From positions 4,962 to 68,961 of the forward strand of contig JAUIML010000001.1 of assembly GCA_030432715.1 (NCBI GenBank): a DNA stretch of 64,000 bases. Direction: 5' to 3'. A model generated the notes under the pieces. That model did no database searches and was not told the origin of the DNA. It worked only from the letters and a program-made list of their open reading frames with translations. The position numbers and the translations under genes were made by a program. How positions within the stretch are numbered: position 1 is the stretch's first letter; every line of letters starts with the position of its first letter. Of this stretch, positions 1 to 13,083 are shown in pieces. The stretch is from Acidimicrobiia bacterium. GTDB lineage: Bacteria > Actinomycetota > Acidimicrobiia > Acidimicrobiales > Aldehydirespiratoraceae.

Positions 1-1
1 C

Positions 2-1522
2 CGCGAGGCCGATGCCGTCCTCGCCTGGACGAGCGCCGGTGGCCACCTGCTGGTCGACGAGACCGGCGGGACGGTGCCTCGCCTGCCGGCAACGTGGCAG
101 CCGAGTGCCGCGAACGCTGCAGTGGCCGGACGGGGGGCCGTGCGGCTGACCGACGGCCTCGCCAAGGCGGGCATGTGGGACGAGATCCTCCTGCCCACGC
201 CGGTCGACGACGACGCCGCCGCCGGCGACCTCGACATCCGCCGCTTCGTCGGCGGATTCCCCGGCGACCTGGCCGATGAGCTCAGCCGCGACGCCGGGTT
301 CGACCTCCCCCCGATCTCCGACCTGCTCGCCCTCTTCGCCGTCTATGCGGTGGTCGCCGGACCGATCAGCTACATCCTCCTGCGCCGACGCGGGAGAGCC
401 ACGGCGCTGTGGGTCACCATTCCGGCCCTCTCCGTCCTCACCACCGTCGGGGTGTGGTTCGTCGGATCGGAGCTGCGATCCAACACCGCCGCGGCCCACG
501 CGACGGTCGTGATCACCTCCGAGGGTGTCGACCTCGCGACCACCCACGTGCTCGTCGGTCGGGAGGCCGGCGGTATCGCCACGCCACGGGGATGGACACC
601 GACCGGACGGGTCGGCGATTCGGCCTATGCCGGCGACGCGGCCGAGGTCGAGATCCGGGCCACCGCATCCGGCTACGACGCCGAGGTCGCCCTCGAGACC
701 GGACAGTTCGCGATCACCAGCGCCCGCGGCGTGGTCGACGTCGAGGGATTCGCGATCGATGCCTCATCCGAGCGCAGCGGCCAGATCACCGGCACGGTCA
801 CCAACGAGTCGGGGGTGACGGTCGAGCACGTCACGGTCGTGTCCGGATCCACCGCGGTCGACCTCGGCACCATGGGTCCGGGAGAGGCCAAGGCGTTCAC
901 ACTCGACGACGTCGACCGCTTCACGGTCGGCATCTTCGAGTGGGAGGTCTGGGGCGACGCGGTCTGGCAGGACCCGGCGTTCACCGCCGGGCTGTGGGAC
1001 GTGTCGCGTGTCGAACGGGGTGGGGTCAACGCGACCCCGCTCGGCAGCGTGACCGTGGCCGGGTGGACCGACGAGTTGGACGCACCGGTGACCACGCTCG
1101 CCGGCGACGGGATCGGGGCCGGTCACACGCTCCTGGTGAGTCGCGGCTCGGTCGGTTCGAGCGGCGCGGGCATCAGCAACATGACCAGCCGAAGCCAGCT
1201 CGTGCGCGGCCCGGCCGACACCGACGGCATCCCCGACGGGTCGGGCCGGATCTCGGGCGTCCACCAACTCCACACGCCGGGGGACTTCGTCGACGGTCCG
1301 GTCACCCTCCACGTTCCCCGCTACGTGACCGACGTCGACATCTGGCAGAACGACCGGTGGCGATCCGTCCAGGTCGACGCCGGCGAGGAACGAGACGCCA
1401 CGCTCAGCGGCGACGGGTTCGCCATCGACGGTCTCGTCCACATCCGGGTCACGATCGATTCCTCGCAGATCTTCGAGTTCGGCAACGGCGATGTGCTGAC
1501 CCTCACCCAGGACGCCGCATGA
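2..1522 (+). CDS. Hypothetical membrane protein, probably 5'-partial (first in-window start is GTG 74)
   Basis: The frame is open from nt 2 with GC3-rich codons. It has two adjacent hydrophobic helices (LLALFAVYAVVAGPISYILL, ALWVTIPALSVLTTVGVWFV). Its stop overlaps the next start (ATGA, 1519-1522). Confidence 0.6.
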   Translation, partial: READAVLAWTSAGGHLLVDETGGTVPRLPATWQPSAANAAVAGRGAVRLTDGLAKAGMWDEILLPTPVDDDAAAGDLDIRRFVGGFPGDLADELSRDAGFDLPPISDLLALFAVYAVVAGPISYILLRRRGRATALWVTIPALSVLTTVGVWFVGSELRSNTAAAHATVVITSEGVDLATTHVLVGREAGGIATPRGWTPTGRVGDSAYAGDAAEVEIRATASGYDAEVALETGQFAITSARGVVDVEGFAIDASSERSGQITGTVTNESGVTVEHVTVVSGSTAVDLGTMGPGEAKAFTLDDVDRFTVGIFEWEVWGDAVWQDPAFTAGLWDVSRVERGGVNATPLGSVTVAGWTDELDAPVTTLAGDGIGAGHTLLVSRGSVGSSGAGISNMTSRSQLVRGPADTDGIPDGSGRISGVHQLHTPGDFVDGPVTLHVPRYVTDVDIWQNDRWRSVQVDAGEERDATLSGDGFAIDGLVHIRVTIDSSQIFEFGNGDVLTLTQDAA

Positions 1523-2406
1523 GCGAGCCACAGGCAACCACCGCCGTCTCGGTCGAGGGGCTCGGGAAGCGCTTCGGCACGACGGTGGCGGTCGACGGGG
1601 TCGATCTCGTCATCCCCCAGGGATCCATCTTCGGACTGATCGGCCCGAACGGCGCCGGCAAGACCACCACCCTGTCGGTGCTCGCCACCCTCGTCCGACC
1701 GTCCGAGGGGCGCGTCGAGGTGCTGGGCCACGACCCGGTTCGGGAACCACGAGCCGTTCGCCGTCGTCTCGGTTACATGCCGGATCAACTCGGGGTCTAC
1801 GACGACATGCGCGTCGACGAGTACCTGGAGTTCTTCGCCGCCGCTCACGGCACGCCTCGGAAGGAGCGGGCATCGCTGGTCAGTGGGCTCCTCGAACTGG
1901 TCGAGCTGGGGGTCAAGACGGCATCACCGGTCCAATCGCTGTCCCGAGGCATGAAGCAACGGTTGAGCCTCGCCCGCGTGCTCGTCCACGATCCCGAGTT
2001 GCTGATCCTCGACGAACCGGCGAGCGGCCTCGACCCCCGGGCCCGGGTGGAGCTGCGAGATCTGGTGGCGCGGCTCCAGGGCATGGGCAAGACGATCATC
2101 ATCAGCTCACACATCCTCGCCGAGCTCGAACAGGTGTGCACCGACGTGGCGATCATGGAGGCCGGGCGGCTCCTCGCGGCCGGCCCGCCGTCGGAGATCA
2201 ACGACCGGCTCGGACGCGGTCGCACCATCCGCGTCGCCTTCGCCGACGGCACCCACGAGGACTTCACCGTGGTCGACGAAGCCGAGCAGGAAGCCCTGCT
2301 CCGGCGTCTCGTCGCCACGGAGAACCGGCCGGTCGTCGAGTTCACCCGCGTCGGCGGCGGTCTGGAAGAGCTCTTCCTGTCGCTCACCGAGGGAGTGGTC
2401 CAGTGA
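1519..2406 (+). CDS. ABC transporter ATP-binding protein
   Basis: Walker A GPNGAGKTT, ABC signature LSRGMKQRL, Walker B LLILDEP. The ATG overlaps the upstream stop. Confidence 0.93.
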   Translation: MSEPQATTAVSVEGLGKRFGTTVAVDGVDLVIPQGSIFGLIGPNGAGKTTTLSVLATLVRPSEGRVEVLGHDPVREPRAVRRRLGYMPDQLGVYDDMRVDEYLEFFAAAHGTPRKERASLVSGLLELVELGVKTASPVQSLSRGMKQRLSLARVLVHDPELLILDEPASGLDPRARVELRDLVARLQGMGKTIIISSHILAELEQVCTDVAIMEAGRLLAAGPPSEINDRLGRGRTIRVAFADGTHEDFTVVDEAEQEALLRRLVATENRPVVEFTRVGGGLEELFLSLTEGVVQ

Positions 2407-3308
2407 GCGTCGCCGTCAACCCGGTGCTCGCCCGCGAACTCCGCGTCCGGGTCCGCAGTTGGCGGGCGATCGTCGCGCTGCTGCTGTACCTGCTGCTCGT
2501 GGCTCTCGTCGCCTGGGTCGCCTACGAGTCGCAGCGATCGACAACCGTCGGCCCGTTCATCGATTCGGTCAGCGCCACCGAGACCGCCGGCATCGGGCGA
2601 TCGGTCTTCGAGTGGACGCTCCTCCTCGTGCTCCTCCTCGTCCACTTCAGCGTGCCCGGGGTCGTCTCCGGCGCCATCGCCGGTGAGCGCGAGCGCCAGA
2701 CGCTCGTGCCGCTCCAGGTCACCCTGCTGCGCCCGCTCTCGATCGTGGCGGGCAAGATCGCGGCGGCGGTGGCCTTCATCCTGCTGCTCATCGTGGCCAC
2801 CATGCCCATCCTCGCCATCGGGTATCTGATCGGTGGGGTGAGCGTGGCCGACATCCTGCGGGCCGTGGCCGGGGTGGTGGGGACGACGCTGATCCTCGCC
2901 TGTGTGTCGGCCTGGTGCTCGGCCGTCGCCCGGCGGGTCCAGGTCGCCACCGTGCTGGCCTACGGCGCGATGATCCTCATGACCGTCGGCAGCTTCGCCC
3001 TCTACGTCGCCGTCGGCGTGCTCGACGACCGCGACAACGCGAACGATCCGACCGACCCCCCGGCCGGCCTGCTCTACGCCGCGCCCATCGTGGCCGTGGC
3101 CGACCTCGTGGCGGGGCCCGACGACGACGTCGACGACGGCTTGCCCTTCGAGGCCCTGGCCGCCACCTCCGAGCGCAACCGCGGCGAGGTCCGCGACGTC
3201 GGCATCCCCTACTGGCTCGAGTCGACCCTGGTGCTCGCCGGAATCTCCACCGTCGCCGTGTGGCGCGCCAGTCGCCTCGTGACGACCCCGGCGGAGACCG
3301 AACGATGA
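2403..3308 (+). CDS. ABC-2 type transporter permease
   Basis: GTG 2403 overlaps the ATPase stop (GTGA). The protein is about 300 aa, polytopic and hydrophobic, immediately after the ATPase. Confidence 0.8.
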   Translation: MSVAVNPVLARELRVRVRSWRAIVALLLYLLLVALVAWVAYESQRSTTVGPFIDSVSATETAGIGRSVFEWTLLLVLLLVHFSVPGVVSGAIAGERERQTLVPLQVTLLRPLSIVAGKIAAAVAFILLLIVATMPILAIGYLIGGVSVADILRAVAGVVGTTLILACVSAWCSAVARRVQVATVLAYGAMILMTVGSFALYVAVGVLDDRDNANDPTDPPAGLLYAAPIVAVADLVAGPDDDVDDGLPFEALAATSERNRGEVRDVGIPYWLESTLVLAGISTVAVWRASRLVTTPAETER

Positions 3309-4933
3309 CGCCGGAGACCGAGTCGTTCCTGCGCCGCGTCGCCCGGCGCCTCCGGCTGGTCTGGGGTCTCGCCACGCTCGCATTCATCGGCCCCGCCGTT
3401 GCCCTGGTCGCCCTCCTCCTCGTGGTGGTCGGCCGGTTGCGGCCCTGGGCGTGGCCCGAACCGAGCGCACTGACGGTGGTGATCGTGGCGGTGGCCGCGG
3501 TCACCACGATCGCCGCCCTGATCCGCATCTCCGATCGCGCCGCGGCGCTCACGGCCGACCGCGCCCTCCACACCAAGGACGCCCTGGGCACTGCGCTCGA
3601 GTTCCCGGCAACGGCCGAACCGTTCGGGCCCGCCATCCACGAACGGGCCGATGCCGTCGCGAAACGTCATGTGCCCGCCGAGGCCGCCCCGGTCTCGACT
3701 TCGGGCCGTCGCTGGGCGGTCACGGGCGTCCTCGCGCTCGGCGCGGCGAGCCTCGCCTTCATCCCAAACCCCCAGGACGACATCCGAGCCGAACGCGCCC
3801 GCGCCGAGGCAGCCATCAACGACCAGATCGAGGAACTCGAGGACGAGATCGAGCGGCTTCTCGAACAGGACCCCGACGACAACGCGGCGGCGGCACGGCT
3901 CGAGGAGCTGATCGAGGACCTGCGAGACACGTCCGACCTCGCCCGGGCCGACGAACTCCTGGCGGCTGCCGAGGCCGATCTCGAAGCCGCCCAACGCGAG
4001 GACCTCCTCGCCCAGCGCGCCGCCCAGCGAGGACTCGAACGCAGCCTGTCCAACGAATCGCTGACCGAGGAGACCAGCGGCAGCGCCGCGGAGCAGCTCG
4101 ACGCTGCCGCCGCGGACCTCGACGGGCTGACCCCGGAGGAGGCGGCCGCGCTGGCCGAACGGCTCGAAGAGCTGGCCGAGGCCCAGCGGGTCGGCAACCC
4201 GGAGGCCGCGGAGGCCCTCGCCGAGGCGGCCGAGGCCCTGGCCGAGGGCGACACCGGTGCCGCTGCCGAAGCGCTCGAGGCTGCCGCCGACGCCCAGCGA
4301 GCGGCGGCCGACTCGATCGCGGCCCAGGCCCAGCTGGGTGAGGCCGCCAACGCCGCAGCATCCGCCCGCGACGCGCTGGCCCGCGCCGGCGAGACCGGCG
4401 GCGAGAACCGCGGTTCGGGCGACCAGGCCGGTGAAGGCGACGGGTCGGGCGACGGAAGTGGGAATGGCGACGGCTCGGGCGACGGGTCGGGCGATGGCAG
4501 CGGCGACGGGTCCGGCTCCGGCTCTGGCTCCCAGGGCAACGGCAGCGGCTCTGGCTCCCAGGGCAGCGGCGGCGGCGATGTCAACGGCGACGTCAGCGTG
4601 AACAACCCGGGCGGCGGCTCGGGCCGCGGGTCGGGGTCGGGCAGCGGCACGGGCAACGCCGACGTCGCCCCCATCGACGACGCCACGATCACGGTGGGAC
4701 CCACCGGCGGTGCCACCGACGAACAGTTCGTCGACGGCACGGGCGGCAACGGCGACACCGAGACGGTCGGCGCGGCCGACACCGACTCCGGCGACGGCAC
4801 GCTCACCGTCCCGCTCAGCGACGTCATCCGGGACTATCGAGACGCCTCGGTCGACGCCCTGAGCGACAGCGAGATCCCGCCCTCGTTGCGCAACCAGGTC
4901 GCCGCCTATTTCGATTCGCTCGTCGACGGCTGA
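3305..4933 (+). CDS. Membrane-anchored coiled-coil protein with a Gly/Ser/Asp-rich repeat region (DUF4175-like guess)
   Basis: The ATG overlaps the permease stop. It has two N-terminal TM helices, a long Ala/Glu/Leu-rich helical region, then GDGSGDGSGNGDGSG...GSGSQGNGSGSGSQGSGG. Confidence 0.7.
   Translation: MTPETESFLRRVARRLRLVWGLATLAFIGPAVALVALLLVVVGRLRPWAWPEPSALTVVIVAVAAVTTIAALIRISDRAAALTADRALHTKDALGTALEFPATAEPFGPAIHERADAVAKRHVPAEAAPVSTSGRRWAVTGVLALGAASLAFIPNPQDDIRAERARAEAAINDQIEELEDEIERLLEQDPDDNAAAARLEELIEDLRDTSDLARADELLAAAEADLEAAQREDLLAQRAAQRGLERSLSNESLTEETSGSAAEQLDAAAADLDGLTPEEAAALAERLEELAEAQRVGNPEAAEALAEAAEALAEGDTGAAAEALEAAADAQRAAADSIAAQAQLGEAANAAASARDALARAGETGGENRGSGDQAGEGDGSGDGSGNGDGSGDGSGDGSGDGSGSGSGSQGNGSGSGSQGSGGGDVNGDVSVNNPGGGSGRGSGSGSGTGNADVAPIDDATITVGPTGGATDEQFVDGTGGNGDTETVGAADTDSGDGTLTVPLSDVIRDYRDASVDALSDSEIPPSLRNQVAAYFDSLVDG
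4520..4573 (+). repeat. 27-bp tandem duplication inside the Gly/Ser-rich region
   Basis: ggctctggctcccagggcaacggcagc followed by ggctctggctcccagggcagcggcggc, embedded in wider GGC/GAC/GGG/TCG low-complexity DNA (about 4437-4580). Confidence 0.8.
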
Positions 4934-4963
4934 GAGCCCGTCCTTGGACCCCAGGAGCTGCCC

Positions 4964-5953
4964 ATGACACCGGAACGCTATGCCGAGATCGGCGAGGCGG
5001 TACGCGAGCAGATCGGCAAGGTCATCGTCGGCCAGGAGGATCTGGTCGAGGCGGTCCTCGTCGCGATGCTGTGCGAGGGCCATGTGCTCCTCGAAGGCGT
5101 CCCCGGCCTGGGCAAGACCGAGCTGCTGAAGACGCTGGCCGAGGTCGTCGCCGTCGATCTCGGCCGGATCCAGTTCACCCCCGACCTCATGCCGGCCGAC
5201 GTCGTCGGCACCCAAGTGCTCGAGGAAGGCGACGACGGGCGTCGCGACTTCGTGTTCCGTTCCGGACCGATCTTCCACAACCTCGTGCTCGCCGACGAGA
5301 TCAACCGGGCCACCCCGAAGACCCAATCGGCCATGCTCGAGGCGATGCAGGAGCGGGCCGTGACCGTCGCCGGCGCGACCCGACCGCTCCCCCGCCCCTT
5401 CTTCGTGATGGCGACCCAGAACCCGATCGAGAACGAGGGCACCTACCCGCTTCCCGAAGCGCAGCTCGACCGCTTCCTCCTGAAAGCGCTCGTGCACTTC
5501 CCGCCGACGGACGACCTCATCGAGATCGTCTCCCGCACCACGGGATCGGAGCGTCCCTCCCTCGATGTGGTCGCGAGTGCCGAACAGTTGCGCGCGATGA
5601 TCGAGCTCACCCGTACGGTGCCGGTCGCCTCGCATCTCGTCCGCTACGCCGTCGACCTGACGGCGGCCACCCACCCCGGAGACGACGCCGGCGACATGGT
5701 CAATCGCGCCGTCCGCTTCGGTGCATCACCGCGGGGCGCCCAGGCCCTGATCCTCACGGCCAAGGCCTCGGCGCTGCTCGACGGTCGGCCGGCCGTCGCT
5801 CTCGACGACATCGTCGCGATGGCGCTTCCGGTGCTGCGACACCGGCTGGTCACCGGCTACGAGGCCGCGGCCGACGGGATCACCACCGACCAGGTCATCG
5901 CCGACATCGTCGAGCGGACGCCGCGACCCTCAGCGGGGCTGAGGGGCGCATGA
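4964..5953 (+). CDS. MoxR-family AAA+ ATPase
   Basis: IVGQEDLVEAVLVAMLCEGHVLLEGVPGLGKT (Walker A), VLADEINRATPKTQSAMLEAMQE (Walker B region). CAGGAG Shine-Dalgarno upstream. Confidence 0.93.
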   Translation: MTPERYAEIGEAVREQIGKVIVGQEDLVEAVLVAMLCEGHVLLEGVPGLGKTELLKTLAEVVAVDLGRIQFTPDLMPADVVGTQVLEEGDDGRRDFVFRSGPIFHNLVLADEINRATPKTQSAMLEAMQERAVTVAGATRPLPRPFFVMATQNPIENEGTYPLPEAQLDRFLLKALVHFPPTDDLIEIVSRTTGSERPSLDVVASAEQLRAMIELTRTVPVASHLVRYAVDLTAATHPGDDAGDMVNRAVRFGASPRGAQALILTAKASALLDGRPAVALDDIVAMALPVLRHRLVTGYEAAADGITTDQVIADIVERTPRPSAGLRGA

Positions 5954-6816
5954 CCGATGCGCTGCTCGCCCCCGAGTTGCTGAGCCGGCTCGAACGACTG
6001 CAGCTCCGCACGGGCCGGCGTCTGGCGGGCCAGTTCTCCGGCGACCACCGGTCGCGCCGCCACGGCAGCTCCCTCGACTTCGCCGACTATCGCGAATACC
6101 ACCCCGGCGACGACTTCCGCCGCATCGACTACAACCTCTACGCCCGCCTCGATCAGCTGCTCCTGAAGCTCTACGAGGCGGAGGAGGACATCACCGTCCG
6201 CCTCCTGATCGACACCAGCGCGTCGATGGCCGCGCCGGAGAAGCTCGACACGGCTCGGCGGGTCGCCGCGGCCATCGGTTTCGTGTCGTTGATCCGCCGC
6301 GACGTGGTGACGGTCTCGACCTTTCCGTTCCGAGGCCCGCCGCCCCGTTTCAGCGGCCGGGCTGCCGCGCCGGCGTTGTTCGACCATCTCCGCTCGCTGG
6401 AGCCCGACGGGCCGACGGAGTTCGCCCACGCCGTGTCGGATCTCCTGGGGCGCCGTAGCGCACCCGGACTCACCGTGGTGATCTCGGATCTGCTGACCCC
6501 CGACTGGAAGCAGGCCATCCGCCGTCTCCCCGCCCGCGGCGACCAGTCGGCGGTCGTCCAGATCGTGGACGCGCGGGACTTCTCGCTCGACATCGCGGGC
6601 GACATCGACGTGGTCGATGCCGAGACGGGCGAGGTGGTCCCCGTGAGCGCCTCGCCACGAGACCTGCAGGCCTTGGCCGCGCGGGTGCAGGAGTGGCACG
6701 CCGAGGTCGCCGAGCACTGTCGGCTCAGCGGGGTGGCCCACACCCTCGTCGCCCTCGACGACGATCTCGAGCGGGTGCTCTTCGGGAGCTGGCGCCGAGA
6801 GGGACTCGTGACATGA
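5950..6816 (+). CDS. DUF58 domain protein (vWA-like MoxR partner)
   Basis: Motif GSSLDFADYREYHPGDDFRRIDYN. The ATG overlaps the moxR stop (ATGA). Confidence 0.9.
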   Translation: MTDALLAPELLSRLERLQLRTGRRLAGQFSGDHRSRRHGSSLDFADYREYHPGDDFRRIDYNLYARLDQLLLKLYEAEEDITVRLLIDTSASMAAPEKLDTARRVAAAIGFVSLIRRDVVTVSTFPFRGPPPRFSGRAAAPALFDHLRSLEPDGPTEFAHAVSDLLGRRSAPGLTVVISDLLTPDWKQAIRRLPARGDQSAVVQIVDARDFSLDIAGDIDVVDAETGEVVPVSASPRDLQALAARVQEWHAEVAEHCRLSGVAHTLVALDDDLERVLFGSWRREGLVT

Positions 6817-9800
6817 GGTTCGCGAATCCGGCCGGGCTCTGGTTGGCCCTGCTCGTCATCCCCATCATCGTCCTCCACATCCTCAAGCCGCGCCGCCAGC
6901 GGGTGCCGGTGAGTTCGGTGTTCCTCTGGGACGAAGCCCCCCGTCCCGTGTCCGCCGCCGTTCCCTGGCACCGCCTGCGGCCGAGCTGGCTGCTGCTGGC
7001 CCAGATCCTCGCGGCACTCCTGCTCGCCGGTCTGGTGGCCAACCCGATCCGTTCCACCGACACCATCCTGGCGGACCACACCGTCTTCATCGTCGACGCA
7101 TCGGGGTCGATGGCCGCCCGCGACGGCGATCCCGATCGGCTGGCCGACGCCGTGGCCCTCGCCCGCGACCTCCGCGACGAGATGCCCGACGGAGCGATCG
7201 CCAGTGTGGTCGAAGCCGGGCCCCGCAGCCGTGTGCTCCTGTCGGCCAGTCCCGACGAGCTCGCCTTCGACCAGGCCCTCGACCGCATCGAGGTGAGCGC
7301 CGCCGGGTCCGACTTCGCCGACGCCTTCCTGCTCGCCGAGAGTCTCGAGACCCCCGGTATTCCGATCGGGTTCGCCCTGATCTCCGACGGTGGCCTCACG
7401 CTGGCCGAGCAGCGTCTGCTGCCGCTCGACACGACCTACCACCAGGTGGGCAACAGCAGCACGAACCGCGCCGCGTCCGGCCTGGTCGTGGAGCCGTCGG
7501 GCAGCGGCCTTCGGGTGATCGCCACGGTGACGAATCACGGATCGCAGCGCGTCAGCCAGCCGGTGCGGCTCGACGTCGACGGCCTCACGGTGGCCGACAC
7601 GGTCCTCGACATCGCGGCGAACGAGAGCACGACGTGGGAACTCGAGACGGTGGCCGGCGACCGCGTCGATCTCTTCCTCGAGAGTGAGGACCTGCTCGAC
7701 GCCGACGACCATGCCTACGCGGTCGCGGCGCGGCGGCGCGAGCTGACGGTGGCCGTGGTCGGGCCGCCCGACCCGTTCCTCGAACGGGCGCTCGCCGTCA
7801 TCCCTGCCCTCACTCTCGAGACGGGAACGAGCCTGGATCCCGGTCTCGAGCCGGATCTCATCGTGTACAACGGTGTCGATCCACCGGCCGACCCCGACGC
7901 GCCGTTCATCGCCATCGCGCCGCCAGGCGGGGCTCCGGGTGTGTCGGTCACCGACGAGGTCGGCGGGCCGGCGGTCACCCTGGTGGACACCAACAGCGGC
8001 CTCCTGTCGAACCTCGATCTCTCCGACATGGTGATCTCCACAGCGCAACGGGTCGAGGTCGTCGACGGCCGGGTGCTCGTCGCCGCCCCGGGCGCGCCCC
8101 TCCTGATCGAGAGCACGACCGGTCGTCGACCCTTCCTCTACCTGTCGTTCTCGCTGGCCGACACGAACCTTCCTCTCCAGGTCGCGTTCCCGATCCTGAT
8201 CGACCGCATGGTCGGCCAGTTGGCCGGCGGATCACTGCCGCCCACCGGTCTCGTCGTCGGCGCGCAGATCCCGCTCAGCCCCACGGAGCTGGCCACGGTC
8301 GTCACCCCGGCCGGCCAGGAGCTCACCGTGCCCCCGGGCACGCCGTCACCGCGGGTCGATCGCACCGGGTTCTGGCAGATCGTCGACGAGCGCGGCGACA
8401 CGACCACCATCGCCGTCAACAGCCCGAGTGCCGAGAGCGACGTCGACCCGGTGCCGGGCCTGCCGACCGAACTCCGGGTGATCGAGCCAGGGGACGAACG
8501 CCCCCGCGGCGAGGAGTCGGTGCGTCAGTGGCTGCTGTGGCCGCTGCTCGCCGTGATCGCGGCCGAGTTCCTGCTGGCCCGGCGCCGGGTCGGTGTCACC
8601 ACCCGCCAGTGGCGGGTCGCGGTGGGCGCCCGCATCGCCGTGGTGGCCCTGCTGGTCGCCGCGCTGATCGGCGTCGACATCCGCCGCTCGGCCGGCGACG
8701 TCGCCACCGTCTTCCTGATCGACGGGTCGGACTCGGTCACCACCGGCGGGCGAGCCGACAGTGTCGACTGGGTCCAGGACGCCCTGGCCGCCCAGCCCGA
8801 CGGCGCCCGCAGCGCAATCGCCCTCTTCGGTGCCGACGCGCGCCTCGAACTCACCCTCCAGAACGACAACGTCCTGGGTGTGCCCGCGGTACAGATCGAC
8901 GGCAGCGAGACCGATGCCGAGCGAGCCCTTCGCCTGGCCGGCGCGGTCCTGCCCACCGACGCCCGCCGCCGGATCGTCCTGTTGTCCGACGGTCGTTTCA
9001 CCGCCGGCGATGACGAGCTGGAAGCGGCCCTGCTCGGTCAGAACGGGGTGCAGATCGACGTCGTGCCGGTCGGGCGGGCGGCCGGACTCGACGTGGCCGT
9101 GGCCGACGTGTCGAGCCTCGGCACCGTCAGGGTCGGCGAGCGCTACGCCATCGAGGCGACGATCGCCGCGTCGGAACCGGCGACCGTGCTGGTCAGCCTG
9201 CTCGTCGGGGCCGACGTGGCGGAGGAACGCGCCCTCGAGGTCGACGCCGGCCTGACCACGGTCCGCTTCGAGCGAGAAGCGACCGAGGCCGAGCTCAGCC
9301 GCTACCAGGTGCGGGTGTCGGCCGCCGGCGACGCCATCGTGCAGAACGACGCGGCGTTCGGCGCGATCCGCGTCGAGGGCCCACCGACCGTGCTCCTGGT
9401 CGAGGGCACCCGAGGAGAGGGCGACATCCTCACCTCCGCGCTCGAGGCCGGCGGCATCACCGTCGAGGTGACGAGCCCGGCCGTGATCCCGCCGCTCGAC
9501 GAGCTGTCCACCTACTCGGCGGTCGTCCTCGTCGACGTGGACGAACGCGACCTGTCGGACGCCCAGATCGAGCTCCTGAGCCAGGCCACCCGCGACCTGG
9601 GCCGCGGGCTCGTGGTCATCGGCGGCGACCGCAGCTACGGACTCGGCGGCTATCTCGACAGCGAACTCGAGGAGCTGCTGCCGGTGGTCAGCGAGATCCT
9701 CGACCCCGAACGGCGCCAGACGGTCGCCGAGGTGCTCGCCATCGACACCAGCGGATCGATGGGCAACTGCCACTGCAACGAAGAGGCCGAGCCCGGAGTG

Positions 9801-11100
9801 ATCGGGACCCGCAACGACGGCGGCGCCAACAAGACCGACATCTCGCGGGCGGGCGCCGCCCGGGCCATCGAGGCGCTCAGCGAGAACGACGAGATCGGCG
9901 TGTTGGCGTTCAACTCCCGGGAGAACTGGGTCATCGACCTCCAGCAGCTGCCGAGCGAGGACGTGGTCAACGCCGGGCTCGGAGGCCTGTTCCCGAGCGG
10001 TGGTACCAACGTCCAGTCGACCCTGACGACCGCGGCCGAGGCGCTGCGGGAGAGCAACGCCTCGCTCAAGCACATCATCTTCTTCAGCGACGGATTCACC
10101 AATCTCGATCACCTCGCCACCCTCGCCGAGGAGGCCGGGGCGCTGGCCGACGAGGGCATCACCGTGTCGGTCATCGCGACGGGCGAGGGCGCAGCCCGGG
10201 AACTCGAGGCGATCGCCGTCGAGGGCCAGGGCCGCTTCTATCCCGGCCGCGACCTCCAACAGATCCCCGAGCTGATCATGGAGGAGGCCGTGATCGCGAG
10301 CCGTGACTTCATCACCGAGGGCGAGTTCTTCCCGGAGATCACCTCGTCGTCGGAGGTCATCGACGATCTCGCCTCTTCGCCGCCCCTGCTCGGCTACGTG
10401 GGCACGACGGAGAAGCCCACGGCTCGCACGCTCCTGCGCATCGGCCCCGACCGCGATCCCCTGCTCACCACCTGGCAGGTGGGCATCGGCCAGGCCACTG
10501 CGTGGAGCAGCGATGCCGGCCAGCGTTGGAGTCAGCTCTGGGCGGACTGGGACGGCTATGTCGACTTCTGGACCCGGACCGTCAAGGACACGTTCCCGGC
10601 CGGCGACGGCGCCGGGGCCATCACCGCCCGTGTCACCGAGGACCGGATCGAACTCGAGCTCGAGGGCGCCGAGACCTTCCCCGACGGAGCGACCGCGATC
10701 GCCCGCATCACCGACCCCGACGGCTCGACGATCGAGGTGCCGCTCCAGCGGACCGGTGGCTCCCGGTTCGAGGCCGACGTCACGATCGACCAGACCGGCA
10801 CGTTCGCCGTCGGCGCCGCCGTGCAGGCGAGCGGCGAGAGCCTCCTCAGCGTCTCGACCCTGGCCAGTTCGTCGTTCGCGGCCGAGTACCTGCCGGGCGA
10901 TCCCGAACCCGAGGCCCTGCTCCGGCTCTCAGAGCTGTCGGGAGGTCGCGGCGCGATCGAGCCGACCCAGGCTTTCGATGCCGCGACGTTGGAGGCGGGG
11001 GTGTCCGAAGTCGACCTGGGCCCGCTGCTGTTGTTGCTCGCGGCGCTCCTGTGGCCGATCGCGTTGGCCCTCGGCCGCCTGTCGCTGCGCACCGCTGTCG

Positions 11101-13056
<1,956 letters not shown>

Positions 13057-13083
13057 CGGGTCTCGCTCATCAGTACTGGCTCA

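Noticed and set aside
4437-4640. The repetitive GGC/GAC/TCG region considered as a possible CRISPR-like or VNTR array.
   Set aside because: It is in frame within a coding gene. The units are short and degenerate with no spacer structure. It is a low-complexity Gly/Ser/Asp linker.
3209-5674. Very long minus-strand ORF (821 aa). Similar giants occur at 6171-8048, 8346-10259, 39984-42848 and 61831-63939, and many 200-600-aa Arg/Gly/Pro-rich ORFs.
   Set aside because: They lie antisense or out of frame to genes with clear family motifs. Their extreme Arg/Pro/Gly composition with no motifs is the expected stop-poor shadow ORF pattern in ~70% GC DNA.
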